Source: Squalus acanthias
Lineage: Eukaryota
NCBI GenBank assembly: GCA_030390025.1
Contig: CM059432.1
Coordinates: forward strand, 132,868,001 to 132,928,000
Direction of reading: 5' to 3'
Length of the DNA: 60,000 nt
Part shown: positions 13,153 to 25,898 of the stretch, in pieces
Layout of the letters: the number at the start of each line of letters is the position of its first letter
How positions within the stretch are numbered: position 1 is the first letter of the stretch
The notes under the pieces: generated by a model
Database searches by the model: none
Told to the model about the DNA's origin: nothing
What the model saw: the letters and a program-made list of their open reading frames with translations, nothing else
Made by a program: the position numbers and the translations under genes

Positions 13153-14387
13153 AGTGAGGCTTGGGGGGAATATTCTGGCATGGGTGGAGGATTGGTTATC
13201 TAACAGGAAGCAGAGAGTTGGGATAAATGGTTCATTCTCGGACTGGCAACCAGTAGCCAGTGGTGTTCCGCAGGGGTTGGTGCTGGGTCCCAAACTCTTT
13301 ACAATCTATATCGATTTGGAGGAGGGGACCGAGTGTAACATATCAAAGTTTGCAGATGATACAAAGATGGGAGGGAAAGTAGAAAGTGAGGAGGACATAA
13401 AAAACCTACAAGGGGATATAGACAGGCTGGGTGAGTGGACAGAGATTTGGCAGATGCAATACAATATTGGAAAATGTGAGGTTATGCACTTTGGCAGGAA
13501 AAATCAGAGAGCAAGGTATTATCTTAATGGCGAGAAACTGGAAAGTACTGCAGTACAAAGGGATCTGGGGGTCCTAGTGCAAGAAAATCAAAAAGTTAGT
13601 ATGCAGGTGCAGCAGGTGATCAAGAAGGCCAACGGAATGTTGGCTTTTATTGCTAGGGGGATAGATTATAAAAACAGGGAGGTATTGCTGCAGTTATATA
13701 AGGTATTGGTGAGACCGCATCTGGAATACTGCATACAGTTTTGGTGTCCATACTTAAGAAAAGACATACTTGCTCTCGAGGCAGTACAAAGAAGGTTCAC
13801 TCGGTTAATCCCCGGGATGAGGGGGTGGACATACGAGGAGAGGTTGAGTAGATTGGGACTCTACTCATTGGAGTTCAGAAGAATGAGAGGCGATCTTATT
13901 GAAACATATAAGATTGTGAAGGGGCTTGATCGGGTGGATGCGGTAAGGATGTTCCCAAGGATGGCTGAAACTAGAACTAGGGGGCATAATCTTAGAATAA
14001 GGGGCTGCTCTTTCAAAACTGAGATGAGGAGAAACTTCTTCACTCAGAGGGTAGTAGGTCTGTGGAATTTGCTGCCCCAGGAAGCTGTGGAAGCTACGTC
14101 ATTAAATAAATTTAAAACAGAAATAGACAGTTTCCTAGAAGTAAAGGGAATTAGGGGTTACGGGGAGCGGGCAGGAAATTGGACATGAGGCTGAGTTCGG
14201 ATCGGTCGAGGCCCTATGGGTGGCGTACCGGGCCCAGGGGCTGAGTGGCCGGGTCCTGCTCCTACTTCTTGTGTTCTTTAGATTTGAGGTGAGGATCAGA
14301 TCAGCCATGATCTTATTGAATGGCGGAGCAGGCTCGAAGGGCCGATTGGCCTACTCCTGCTCCTATTTCTTATGTTCTTATGTTCTT
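13153..14387 (+). mobile_element. Young 5'-truncated CR1 LINE with 344 open codons of RT/C-terminus
   Basis: GVPQGLVLGP, KFADDTK, VRPHLEYC; (TTCTTATG)n tail. Confidence 0.95.
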
Positions 14388-15444
14388 GTGACAAAAGCCA
14401 CTGATTTACAGTTTTCGCAGAAAGGTGTGGACAGAGTGCCTTAAAACACCAATAAAAATCTCAGACACTCATGTAATAGAAATGCAATTTGACTTGTTCA
14501 GTCTGTATAAAACTAAATGATCCTAAATTGCAGATGGATGGAACCTCAGAATACCAGCTGCAAAACACTGGTAAAAACTCCAGAATCACTTGTGATGAAA
14601 ACAGAATTTGACTTATTTAATCGTAGTAAATCAATGACCCGCGTGATTATTAATGCAACAGAAGGCACAGTAAGTTGTGTGGATGGCAGCAGGAAGGTAC
14701 AAGGGGACAAGCTGTCATAAACTGAGGGCAGGGAAAGGGACAATTTGAAACAGTCCAAAGTTAAACTTTGAAGCCCAGGAGGCTGTGATGGGATGGTAGT
14801 CCACTTGTAGACAGTATGGGGTCAGATTAGAGCAAGTATTGATGAATGACCAGGTTTAGAGTCAGTCACTAATAGCTGTGAGTGATACTTTTACATGTTT
14901 TACTCTCGACAGTTTTTAATCTTCTAACATTTGCTCTTAACCATTGCTATTTCTTTGTAGAACTGCTTCAGAAGTTCTTAACTACTTCTTTTTAACTTTC
15001 TGTCCTTTCTAGGAGGCTTCTGAACATTTTCTTGAAACCTCTTTTATTAGGGGTAGTTTTAGACCTTAACTTTCTATTCCATCCTGTAACCCTCACTGGT
15101 TTACCACCGTGACATGACTGAAGCTAGTTTATCGTGCGGCAAATATCTCACTGCAAGTTTTGGCAACCTACGTAAACATTACTCTTGCTCCACTCTAACT
15201 GATGATCTGACACTGCAGAACCCTTCCTCCCTGTGTTAGTCTTTGAGTAGTGTCAGAGACAGGAACAGTTGTAGGACAGTTGCAGTAATAATTAGACAGT
15301 GGTTTGCAAAAGAGAAATATTAAAGAGTATGGGAGGAGAGAGGGATTAGACAAGGTGGCTCATGGGGAGACAAAGACCAGGGCAGACTTAATGGACCAAA
15401 TGACTCATTACTGCTGTAACATTCTAGGAGTTGAACCTGCTCCG

Positions 15445-16642
15445 TGGACAGGGGAATGTCTATGGATGTTATTTATATGGACCTCCAGAAGGCATGTGAT
15501 AAAGTTCCACGTAAGAGATTGTTATCTAAGGTAGCAGCCTATGCAATTGAGGGCAAATTATTGGCCTGGTTAGGAAGTAAGCTGAGTGGCAGGTGACAGA
15601 GAGTAGGGATAATGGGTAGGTACTCAAATCAGCAGGATGTGACCAGTGGTGACCCGCAGGGATCTGTGTTGGGGCCTCAACTGTATTTATTAACGACTTA
15701 GATGATGGCATAGAAAGTCATGTATCCAAATTTGCCGATGACACAAAGATAGGTGGCATTGTAGGCAGTGTAGATGAAAGCATAAAATTACAAAGGGATA
15801 TTGATAGATTAAGTGAATGGACAAAACTGTGGCAAATGGATTTCAATGTAAGCAAATGTGAAGTCATCCACTTTGGACCTAAAAAGGATAGAACAGGGTA
15901 CTTTCTAAATGGTGAAAAGCTAAAAATAGTGGATATCCAAAGAGACTTGAGGGTCCAGGTACATAGATCATTAAAATGTCATGAACAGGTAGAGAAAATA
16001 AAGAAAAAGGCTAATGGAATGCTGGCCTTTATATCTAGAGAACTAGAATACAAGGGGGCAGAAGTTATGCTGCAGCTATACAAAACCCTGGTTAGACCAC
16101 ACCTGGAGTACTGTGAGCAGTTCTGGGCACCACACCTTAGGAAGGATATATTGGCCTTAGAGGGAGTGCAGAGTAGGTTTACCAGAATGATACCAGGACT
16201 TCAAGGGTTAAGTTACGAGGAGAGAGTACACCAATTAGGGTTGTATACCTAAGAATTTAGAAGGTTAAGGGGTGATCTGATCGAAGTTTGCAGGATATTA
16301 AGGGGAACTGATAGGAATGATAGAGAGAAACTATTTCCGCTGGTTGGGGATTCTAGGACTAGTCAAAAAATTAGAGCCAGACCTTTCAGGAGTGAAATTA
16401 GGAAACACTTCTACACACAAAGGCTGGAACTCTCTCCCGCAAACGGCAATTGATGCTCGATCAATTGTTAATTTTAAATCTGAGATTGATAGCTTTTTGT
16501 TAACCAAAGGTATTAAGGGATTTGGGCCAAAGGCAGGTATATGGAGTTATATCATAGATCAGCCATGATCTCACTGAATGGTGGAACAGGCTCGAGGGGC
16601 TGAATGGCCTACTCCTACTACTATGTCCCTTCCTATGTTCCT
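15445..16642 (+). mobile_element. 5'-truncated CR1 LINE, decayed
   Basis: KFADDTK, KTLVRPHLEYC, WNSLP and 3' tail. Confidence 0.93.
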
Positions 16643-17225
16643 ACTAAGACAAGACACATACTGGATCGATATCTTAGAGACCAAATTTAGAGGATTAACT
16701 CTATCACATAGATCCTTTCCAAGGTGAGACTCAACTGAACAGGCATGTGTCAGAACCTAATTAGTAGATGTTATTTAGTTTGCTGCAGACCAGATGTTAC
16801 ACTTTTCATAACTGCACTTTAGTTCATGGACCATTTGCTTCTCAGCCCAATTGTTCCAAGATTCTTTTAGCTAACTACTCTTATTGATATAATTTGCTAC
16901 TCAGTTGCCCAATCCATAACCTTGAGAGATCCCATTCTGACCCAGCTAAACAGGCTACCTCTCCATTGACCTGGTAATACCAAGATGTACACTTACTTTG
17001 TCAGTTTTGCAGAATTGAGGGATGCTTTGTTTTACAGAATGCCTGTAACAGGATTCAAAATTACCAACTTTCCTACAGACACTTATTTTCATGCTGCACC
17101 CTTAATTGTTTTAATGCTGTGGTTGTAGTGGTCTTAATGTAGTGTCCCTACTTGCTTTAAGAGTAATTAGCTAATGTTAAGATATTCTCCTATAACTAAC
17201 TTTAAAAAATATATATATAGAGATT

Positions 17226-18116
17226 GGGGGAAAAATTCAGTTGGATTGCGCCTCCCGTTAGCGCCTTAAGAGGGCACTAATGGGGCGCAAAGCAACTAGT
17301 GCCCGTGTGTGGCGATCTTTGTGCCGCTCACGAAATTAACTAGACATTTTGCGGCGGCGCTAAACACTATCACCATGATCTCCTGCGCCGGCAGATCGTG
17401 ACGTCAGTCGAGTGCGCAACGCCCCGGTAGCGCCCCGGACCGGATATTGAGTGGCGCCCCCTGCCTTACCGCCTGCCGCTAGCAACGACAGGTTGAGGGG
17501 AGTGTTTTGCAGTCAGGAAGGGACTGGGGGAGCGCTATTTAAAGGCGACCGCTTCCTGCCTTTTTTTGTCGGCGAAATATTTGCACCACGCATTCTGAGT
17601 GAGAGAGAGAGACTGCAGGAGATATTCAAAGCTGTTTGAGGAGTTTTGGGTACTGAGCAGCACTTTACAGGTTCTTTCTGGTTTGATCTTCCTTGCATTG
17701 ATTTAGAAGAGAATATGGGGGCTGCAGTCTGAGCTCTTTCCCTGGGCCTCTCCATTGTTCTTTCCAACAGATTTGATGTACAGGTCTCTCCAGGTCGAGA
17801 TTCAAGGCTGCAATGAGGAGGGTGTGGATGTAGAGCAAGATCGACCCTCCCCTTTAAGAATTGGCTGGCGCCAGTGTGTGTGTGTTCCATTGCTGACTGA
17901 CATCACATGAGCTTCGCCAGCGCTCTGAGGTAGCGCCTCGCTCCTCGGCGTTAGCGCCTTAAGAGAGGTGTGTAGCACCTGATTTAGCGCTCCAATCACC
18001 TCCAGGGGTGATAAAAGCCAAGTTTGCAGTCGGAGGCGATAATTAGCGCCAGGCGCTAAACTTTGCGCACGGCCGATAATGGCACCCCAAATGGGGCGAT
18101 ACTGAATTTTTCCCCC
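17226..18116 (+). mobile_element. ~890-bp Harbinger MITE
   Basis: GGGGG...CCCCC TIRs, TSD ATT/ATT, ends homologous to the autonomous element. Confidence 0.93.
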
Positions 18117-18398
18117 ATTGTCTTTCTTGTAATCCTTACTGGCTAAGGGAACCAGTTACTCAACCTTTTCTGTTCCATCCTCAAAACATTTGTATCGATG
18201 GGTTTCTTTTTTTTTACTGCAGCTGGCTTTAATCTCTTTGTATATTGTAACTGAATTTTAAAAGAATAGCCACAAAGCTAAACAAACAAAACCAATGCAT
18301 TTTTTTGTCACACAATATTTGTACTTGTTATAATGCTCCATGGGACTACACTTGCTTTGTTCTACTCTTATCTATCATATCCAGAGCAACTCCAGCTA

Positions 18399-18546
18399 TA
18401 GCAAAATACTGCGGATGCTGGAAATCTGAAATAACAACAATTTCTGATGAAGGGTCCCAGACCTGAAACGTTAACTCTGTTTCTCTCTCTCCAAGGATGC
18501 TGCCTGGCCTGCTGAGTGTTTCCAGCATTTTCTGTTGTTATTTCAA
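18399..18546 (+). mobile_element. Short foldback Penelope-derived repeat with a hammerhead-like core at 18444-18472
   Basis: ATGCTGGAAA/TTTCCAGCAT and TGAAATAACAACA/TGTTGTTATTTCA inverted arms; CTGATGA-A-GGGTC(CCA)GACCT-GAAACGTT. Confidence 0.7.
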
Positions 18547-18599
18547 CTCTAGCAATTGCTTCTTTTCCCAGACATTCAAAACATCTCCCATGGTTTAAG

Positions 18600-19765
18600 G
18601 CTATGCTTGGACTTGGTATAATGCTCGTACTTTGGTTTAACGCTGGACTTGCTTTAACGGCGCACTCGTACCTGGTTGGACGCTGCGCTCGTACTTGGTT
18701 TAATGCTGGACTTGGTTTAATGCTGGAGTTGGTTTAATGCTGGACTTGATTTAATGCTGGGCTCGTACTTGGTTTAATGCCGGACTTGGTTTAATGCTGG
18801 GCTCGTACTTGGTTTAATGCCGGACTTGGTTTAATGCTGGGCTCGTACTTGGTTTAATGCTGGACTTGGTTTAATGCTGGACTTGGTTTAATGCCGGACT
18901 TGGTTTAATGCTGGACTTGGTTTAATGCTGTTCTGGACTTGGTTTAATGCTGGATTTGGTTTAATGCTGGACTTGGTTTAATGCTGGACTTGGTTTAATG
19001 CTGGACTTGGTTTAATGCTGGACTTGGTTTAATGCTGGATTTGGTTTAATGCTGGACTTGGTTTAATGCTGTTCTGGACTTGGTTTAATGCTGGACTTGG
19101 TTTAATGCTGGATTTGGTTTAATGCTGGACTTGGTTTAATGCTGTTCTGGACTTGGTTTAATGCTGGACTTGGTTTAATGCTGTTCTGGACTTGGTTTAA
19201 TGCTGGACTTGGTTTAATGCTGTTCTGGACTTGGTTTAATGCTGGATTTGGTTTAATGCTGGACTTGGTTTAATGCTGGACTTGGTTTAATGCTGGACTT
19301 GGTTTAATGCTGGACTTGGTTTAATGCTGGACTTGGTTTAATGCTGGACTTGGTTTAATGCTGGACTTGGTTTAATGCTGGATTTGGTTTAATGCTGGAC
19401 TTGGTTTAATGCTGGATTTGGTTTAATGCTGGACTTGGTTTAATGCTGGATTTGGTTTAATGCTGGATTTGGTTTAATGCTGGACTTGGTTTAATGCTGG
19501 ATTTGGTTTAATGCTGGACTTGGTTTAATGCTGGATTTGGTTTAATGCTGGACTTGGTTTAATGCTGTTCTGGACTTGGTTTAATGCCGGACTTGGTTTA
19601 ATGCTGGAGTTGGTTTAATGCTGGACTTGGTTTAATGCTGGAGTTGGTTTAATGCTGGACTTAGTTTAATACTGTGCTGGAGCTGGTTTAATGCTGGACT
19701 TGATTGGACGCTGTGCTCGTACTTGGTTTAATGCTGAACCCGGTTGGACGCTGTGCTCGGACCCA
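18600..19765 (+). repeat. Minisatellite, 17-bp unit GGACTTGGTTTAATGCT with interspersed 22-bp variants
   Basis: Dozens of contiguous units; variants carry an extra GTTCT or have GGGCTCGT. Confidence 0.97.
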
Positions 19766-19882
19766 ACGGTTCAACGCTGTTTCAATTCTATCCCGCTGTC
19801 AACCCACCTCCATGCTAGTTTCCCAGAGGTCGGGTCTGTCATCGCTGAACAGACCCACCTCGGTAGGCAAAATCGCGGCCAA

Positions 19883-20758
19883 AGAGCCTGCAAAGGGATA
19901 TAGACAGGTTAAGTGAGTGGGCAGTAAAGTGGCAGATGGAGTATAATGTGAGGAAATGTGAGGTTATTCACTTTGGTAGGAAGAATAGTAAAAACAGAAT
20001 ATTTTTTAAATGGTGAGAAACTATTAAATGTTGGTGTTCAGAGAGATTTAGGTATCCTCGTACAGGAAACACAGAAAGCTAGCATGCAGGTACAGTAAGG
20101 AGTTAGGAAGGCAAATGACATGTTGGCCTTTATTGCAAGGGGGTTGGAGTACAAGAGTAAGGAAGTCTTGCTACAATTGTACAGGGCTTTGGTGAGACCA
20201 CACCTGGAGTACAGTGCACAATTTTGGTCTCCTTATCTGAGGAAGGATATACTTGCCTTAGAGGCAGCGCAACAAAGGTTCACTAGATTGATTCCTGGGA
20301 TGAGAGGGTTGTCCTTTGAGGAGAGATTGAGTAGATTGGGCCTATATCCTCTCTGGAGTTTAGAAGAATGAGAGGTGATCTCATTGAAATATATAAGATT
20401 CTGAGGAGGATTGACAGGGTAGATGCTGAGAGGTTGTTTCCCCTGGCTGGAGAGTCTAGAACTGGGGGCATAGTCTCAGGATAAGGGGCCGGCCTTTTAA
20501 GACTGAGATGAGGAGGAATTTCTTCACTCAGAGGGTTGTGAATCTTTGGAATTCTCTACCCCAAAGGGCTGTGATGCTGAGTATTCAAGGCCGAGATAGA
20601 TAGATAGATTTTTGGACTCTAGGGGAATCAAGGGATATGGAGATGGGGCGGGAAAGTGGAGTTGAGGTCAAAGTTGAGTCATGATCTTATTGAATGGCCG
20701 AGCAGGCTCGAGGGGCCGTATGGCCTACTCCTGCTCCTAATTCTTATGTTCTTGTGTT
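19883..20758 (+). mobile_element. 5'-truncated CR1 LINE inside the minisatellite region
   Basis: MLAFIARGLEYKSKEVLLQLYRALVRPHLEY and 3' tail. Confidence 0.93.
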
Positions 20759-21259
20759 TAATGTACCTTTTTATGTTCAGACCTGGTTTAATGCAATGCT
20801 TGTATGTAAATATTCTTGTACTTGTTTAATACTATACCTGCTGTTTTAATGTAGTGTTTCTACTTGGTTCAGTTCTGTGCTTGTTTTTGTTCTAATGCTG
20901 TGCTCATATTGCTTGTAATGTTGTGCTTGTGCTTTTTAAGAATTCTGTGATCATATTTGTTTCAGTGTTGTGCTGCTACTTGTTTGTGCTGGTCTTAATG
21001 CTGCCCTCATACTGGTTTTAATAATGTCCTCACCTGTTTTAAGGCTGTGCTTGTTCCAGTTTTAATGCTGTGCTTTTACTGGTCCTAATGCTGCCCTCGT
21101 GCTGGATTTAATACCGTGTTCCCATCTGTTTTAATGCTGTGCTTGCATTCGTTGTAGTGCTGTGCTCTTACTTGTATTATTGCTGTATTTATACTTGTTT
21201 TAATGATCTGCTTTTTGTTGGTTTAATCCTGTGCATGTTTTAATACTGTAGTCATACTG
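20755..21259 (+). repeat. Degenerate ~22-bp tandem array related to the minisatellite
   Basis: Recurring (T)GTTTTAATGCTGTGCT motif; similar traces at ~17100-17160 and ~21803-21910. Confidence 0.75.
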
Positions 21260-21803
21260 GAAGACGGCCTTCGAGACACACGACAGCGCAAAATCGTCGA
21301 GCAGAAACTGATAGCCAAGTTTCGCACCCATGAGGACGGCCTCAACCGGGATCTTGGGTTCATGTCACGCTACATGTAACCCCACCTGACGTAGAGTCAT
21401 CCAGACTTGAGTCGTCGTTGGCTTGTTCTCTCTACACAGATGCGGCCGGACCTGCTGTGATTTCCAGCAAAAAAAGTTTTTTGTTTTCCATACTGACCCC
21501 AGCATCTGCCACATTTGACCCCTTGTGACCCCACCTCATTGTCTTTGATGTAATGTTTTCCTGACTGACCTGTTTGGACACCATCCACACCTTTGATTGC
21601 CGTGATTATCTCTCTGCCGAGGTGTGATAAAGGGCAGTTAGAAAGATTAACTGTAATCATCTGGCTGTGTTCTCTGACTATATATGCTGTGCCTATATAC
21701 ATCTCTTCACTTTACCTGATGAAGGAGCAGCGCTCCGAAAGCTTGTGATTTCAAATAAAACTGTTGGACTATAACCTGGTGTTGTGCGACTTCTCACCTT
21801 TGT
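21260..21803 (+). mobile_element. Penelope-like element remnant: GIY-YIG endonuclease C-terminus plus pseudo-LTR
   Basis: 21266-21379 translates GLRDTRQRKIVEQKLIAKFRTHEDGLNRDLGFMSRYM*, followed by a pLTR with a hammerhead core and AATAAA. Confidence 0.82.
21712..21748 (+). ncRNA. Minimal type I hammerhead ribozyme motif in the Penelope pLTR
   Basis: TTAC-CTGATGA-A-GGAGC(AGC)GCTCC-GAAA-GCTT-GTGA: intact core, 5-bp stem II, palindromic AAGCTT helix III, TTAC/GTGA stem I. Confidence 0.72.
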
Positions 21804-21993
21804 TTTAATTTGACGCTCCTACTTGGTGCTGTCCTCCTATTCATTTTAGTTTGGTACTGGTGCTTGTTTTAATGGTATGTTCCTGCTTATTTTAAGGCTT
21901 TTCTCCTCCTACTTTAACCCTTGAATGATGATGGAAATTTTGTTCAGGGGTCATCTTCTATGCTGATTGCCTTTCTTTTCTCCCTCAAACTAT

Positions 21994-22620
21994 GGGCTGG
22001 ATTTTGCTGGAGCTGGGCATCTCTTGGCGTTCCCCGTTGGTTAGACTTTTCCCTCCACCCTTCAGCTCAATGTTTGTTGTGCTGTAAGTTGCTAGGCGTG
22101 CGAGCTGATTACGGCATGGCGAGGGCAACAGGGCATCTGGGACCTTGGTGAACGATGGGACCAACAGTCTAGCACCTTAACCAATGAGATTGAAGGATTG
22201 AGGAAGAAGCCGAGGAATGATGGAGAAGGAGAGTGAATTAAGAATCAAATCAGGCAGAGAAAGGGAAAGAAAGATTGGATTAAGAGAGAGGAGACAGAAA
22301 GGAAAAGTAAGAACTATTTTTAAACATTGACATTTAAAAAATCTCTAACAATTGACTACATGTAGGAATGAGATTGGACAGTTTAAATTGTTTCCTTTCT
22401 AGGCCAGAGCGGTTGATTGGCATTGCATTAACAATTATCACATCGTTAAAAGGGTACTTGCGCTATTAATTACCAGACTTGACTTTCTGCCGTGAGTTTA
22501 ATGGGCAATTAATGTTCTACAGATTCTCAACTCACAGCGTATCTCTTCATCCCCGAACTTGCTGGCTGATTTGTGCATTAATAATGCCGTGTGTCGTGAA
22601 CTCGCCCTTATTTTTTTGGT
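21994..22620. mobile_element. Degraded MITE-like element
   Basis: Begins GGGCTGGATTTTGC like other Harbinger-type termini; right end unclear. Confidence 0.4.
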
Positions 22621-24362
22621 TATACATGTAAATACATAAAATATCTATGTGAATGTACCCTTAATTGTAAAGTGGCTTCATATAATGGGTGTACATATCT
22701 TTTGAAGTGGATAAGCATTTTCAGTAGAGGAAGTGATAGGGCTATGGAAAGGGAAGGCAGGGCAGTGGAATTCGTTTTCGATTGCTCTAGCTAAGAGCTG
22801 GCACAGACACAATGGGCCAAATGGCGGCCTCTCACTGAGAGCCATGTTTTACCTGCTTCTTATCCTGAACGACCAACACTTGCCAATTTAATTCTGCTCG
22901 TGCATTTGTTACTTTGGCCTGCGGTGAATCAGTTCTTTGATCAAGTATATGACCACAACTTGACCCCTTCACTGAACGGGGTGAGTTAACTGTGGGGACA
23001 GTACAAGTCACTGATAGCTATAAATTTCTATGGCGCTTTGGTATCATTCCAGAGACGGTGCAAATTTTATTCATGAGGAAGGTCTTGTATAACTTACTTG
23101 GAACTTTCCAACATGCTTTGTTTACCAAATGATCTGCAATGTTCTTGTCTATAAAAAAATGCCCCTCAGATAAAAGGGCAGGATCATTTGCAAAGAGACA
23201 CCGACTCAATTACTAAAACAGAAGAGCACAGTGACGTAATATGGAACTTGATGCCATTGCATCACCAACTATGTGTTGCTACCAATCTTGTATTTTTTTT
23301 GAAGTTTACTTAAAAATCAATATGAAAAACAAATGAATTCTGCTGGTTATATGGCAGTGTGAACTTGTCATGGTTAGCCATCTGGGTAACCCTGAATTAC
23401 TTCAAGTTTCTGAGGAGGCTATTCTAGGAACTGATTTTACCTCAAATTTCCACTGATGCGGTCACTGAAGTGACACGTACACTTCTGAATGCTTCTATTG
23501 AATGGGTATCACGGATAGGAGAAAACAAAAGCTGGTTTTTTTAGTCAGTGACCGCCTTTCTATCTTGCAGTTTTGCTAATAAGCTTTTGTGTGCTGTAAC
23601 CATAATGTCATGGTCCCAGGGTGATAGTGCACCTGCTACCTGGTCTCTGTTCTAACTAATGACAGTAAATCTTATTTTACAAGGTGTGTTTCTGAAGGAG
23701 ATCAAATTAATTTTGCACTGAAGCACTACAGAATTAGAGCCAAGTATTTTTGTGAAGCTCGTGAGTAAACAAAAAGACCTACAGGTGATTTCTTTTTAAC
23801 ATGAACCTTGCTGAGGTTGGTTGATAATTGTTAATATCCTATTATGAATACAATGCAGGAAGCAGGGTTGCAACTTTCCATTGCCTCAGCAACCAAAAAA
23901 AACAGAAACAAAAACTAGCGCAACATTGAGAAAGCACCTGGTCTCCGCTCATGGCTGTTGTAGCCTCTCTCTTGCTGCTTTCAAACACTTAACAGCAAGC
24001 TTGCATTCCCTTTGCCCTACTTTTCACAAATATCTGTGACTTGACAGAAGACGTGCAGGTGCATGTGACCTCCCCAGGAGCCTGGCAGTTGAAGGTGTGC
24101 AAGGAAAGATTGCCACTGTCCTCTTAAGAGTTTGATTGTTTACTCTTAATTTGCTTTGCGACCCTTTTCTTTGTCTTTCCTGGATCTAAGGTCACTGCTA
24201 CTTTCATCTGAATATAACCTTGGTAAAGCAGTTGGAGATGTCACACACATTACAATGTCCGGTGGACTATCATACTCAAATTAAAATGTAGGATTATTGG
24301 GTCCTACAGGTGTTCAAACCAAATTCATTTATTGAATATGTTTAGTTCTTTTGTTAAGTGTC

Positions 24363-24659
24363 AGCTTGGCTCAGTGATAGATCTCTCGCTTCTGCGGTCA
24401 GAGCTTCTTAGATTCCAACCCTATTCCAGGACTTGAGAACATAATCTAGGCCAGACATGGTTAGTGCCCAGTGCGCAGCAATCTTGGCCCTGTGTGGCTG
24501 GGTCTATGTTATGGGCTGTTCCATGTCTAGGCTTGAACACGAGGGATGTTCACTTGGGTGAAGCACAATGAAAGCACCCGTGGAATGGGTCCCAGCAAGG
24601 AGAAGGGGAAGGCGAGGAAATTGGTGGGAATAAAATCGTGCTAAGGGAGTATTGCATTC
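24363..24659 (+). mobile_element. 5' part of the same SINE family, carrying a 188-bp foreign insert
   Basis: Collinear with 36268-36397 on both sides of 24450-24637. Confidence 0.75.
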
Positions 24660-24920
24660 GGCCGTATTTTGCGACCCCTACGGGTGCGTACGAGGCGCGC
24701 ACGCGCCCGTAGGGTCCGCGCAAGTGCCGCGTTTAGGCATGCGAAGCGCATGCGCTGAAACCCAGCACTTGTGATCTGCAAAGAATCCTCTTGACAGATC
24801 CTCCGCATCCCTAGGAAAAGGGCCTCTGCGGGTGGAGAGCTGCGCTATTTGCACAACTTCCGCCCGCTGAAAGGCCGAGGAATTCTTATGCCTGGTTAAG
24901 GCCTGCTTTTACCAACCTAA

Positions 24921-25795
24921 GGGGGAAAAATTCAGTTGCGCCCCTATCGTCCGGGCGCAAAAATTAGCGCCTGGCGCTAATTATCGCCACTGACTGGAAA
25001 CTCCACTTTTATCGACCCCTGAGGTGATTGGAGCGCTAAATCAGGCGCTTCACACCTGTCTTAAGGCGCAAAGGCCGAGGAGCGAGGCGCTACCTCAGAG
25101 CGCTGGCGAAGCTCATGTGATGTCAGTCAGCAATGGAACACACACTCAATGGCACCGGCCAGTTCTTAAAGGGGATGGTTGATCTTGCTTTCCATCCACA
25201 TCCTGCTCATTGCAGCCTTGAATCCCGGCCTGGAGAGACATGCACATCAAATCTGCTGGAAAGAACAATGGAGAGTACCAGGGAAAGAGCTTAGAGTGCA
25301 GCCCCAACAGTCTCTTCTAAATCGATACAAGGAATGGCAAATCAAAATGAACCTGCAAAGTGCTGCTCAGTACCCAAAACTCCTTCACACAACGTTGAAT
25401 CTCTCCAGATGTCTCTCTCTCTCTCAGAATGCGTAGTTCAAAAATGGCACCAACAATAAAAGGCAGGAAGCGGTCACCTTTAAATAGCGCTCCCCCAGTC
25501 CCTTCATGACTGCAGAACGCTCCTCACAACCTGTCGTTGCTAGCGTTAGGCGGTAAGGCAGGGGGCGACACTCAATATCCGCTCCAGGGCGATACCGGGG
25601 CGTTGCGCACTCGACTGATGTCACGATCTGCCGGCGCAGGAGATCGTGGCGGTAGTGTTTAGCGCCGCCGCAAAATGTCTAGTTAAGTTCGCGAGCGGCG
25701 CAAACATCGCTGCGCCCGGGCGCTAGTTGCTTTGCGCCCCATTAGCGCCCTCTTAAGGCACTAACGGGAGGCGCAACCAACTGAATTTTTCCCCC
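24921..25795 (-). mobile_element. ~890-bp Harbinger MITE
   Basis: TIRs, TSD TAA/TAA. Confidence 0.93.
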
Positions 25796-25898
25796 TAAGA
25801 GTTTTAAAAGATAGAAAAATAAAATTTTATCACTCACTTATACATTAAAAACCCTGTCCAATAAGGTAAGTTTATATTTAGCCTTGTTAAAACATATA

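Noticed and set aside
17513..17890. Recurrent ~120-aa ORFs in MITEs (also 26185-26565, 46319-46672, 51736-52203)
   Set aside because: Frames break differently among copies; they recur only because the repeat recurs
18600..19765. CRISPR array
   Set aside because: Units are contiguous with no unique spacers, there are no cas genes, and the context is eukaryotic
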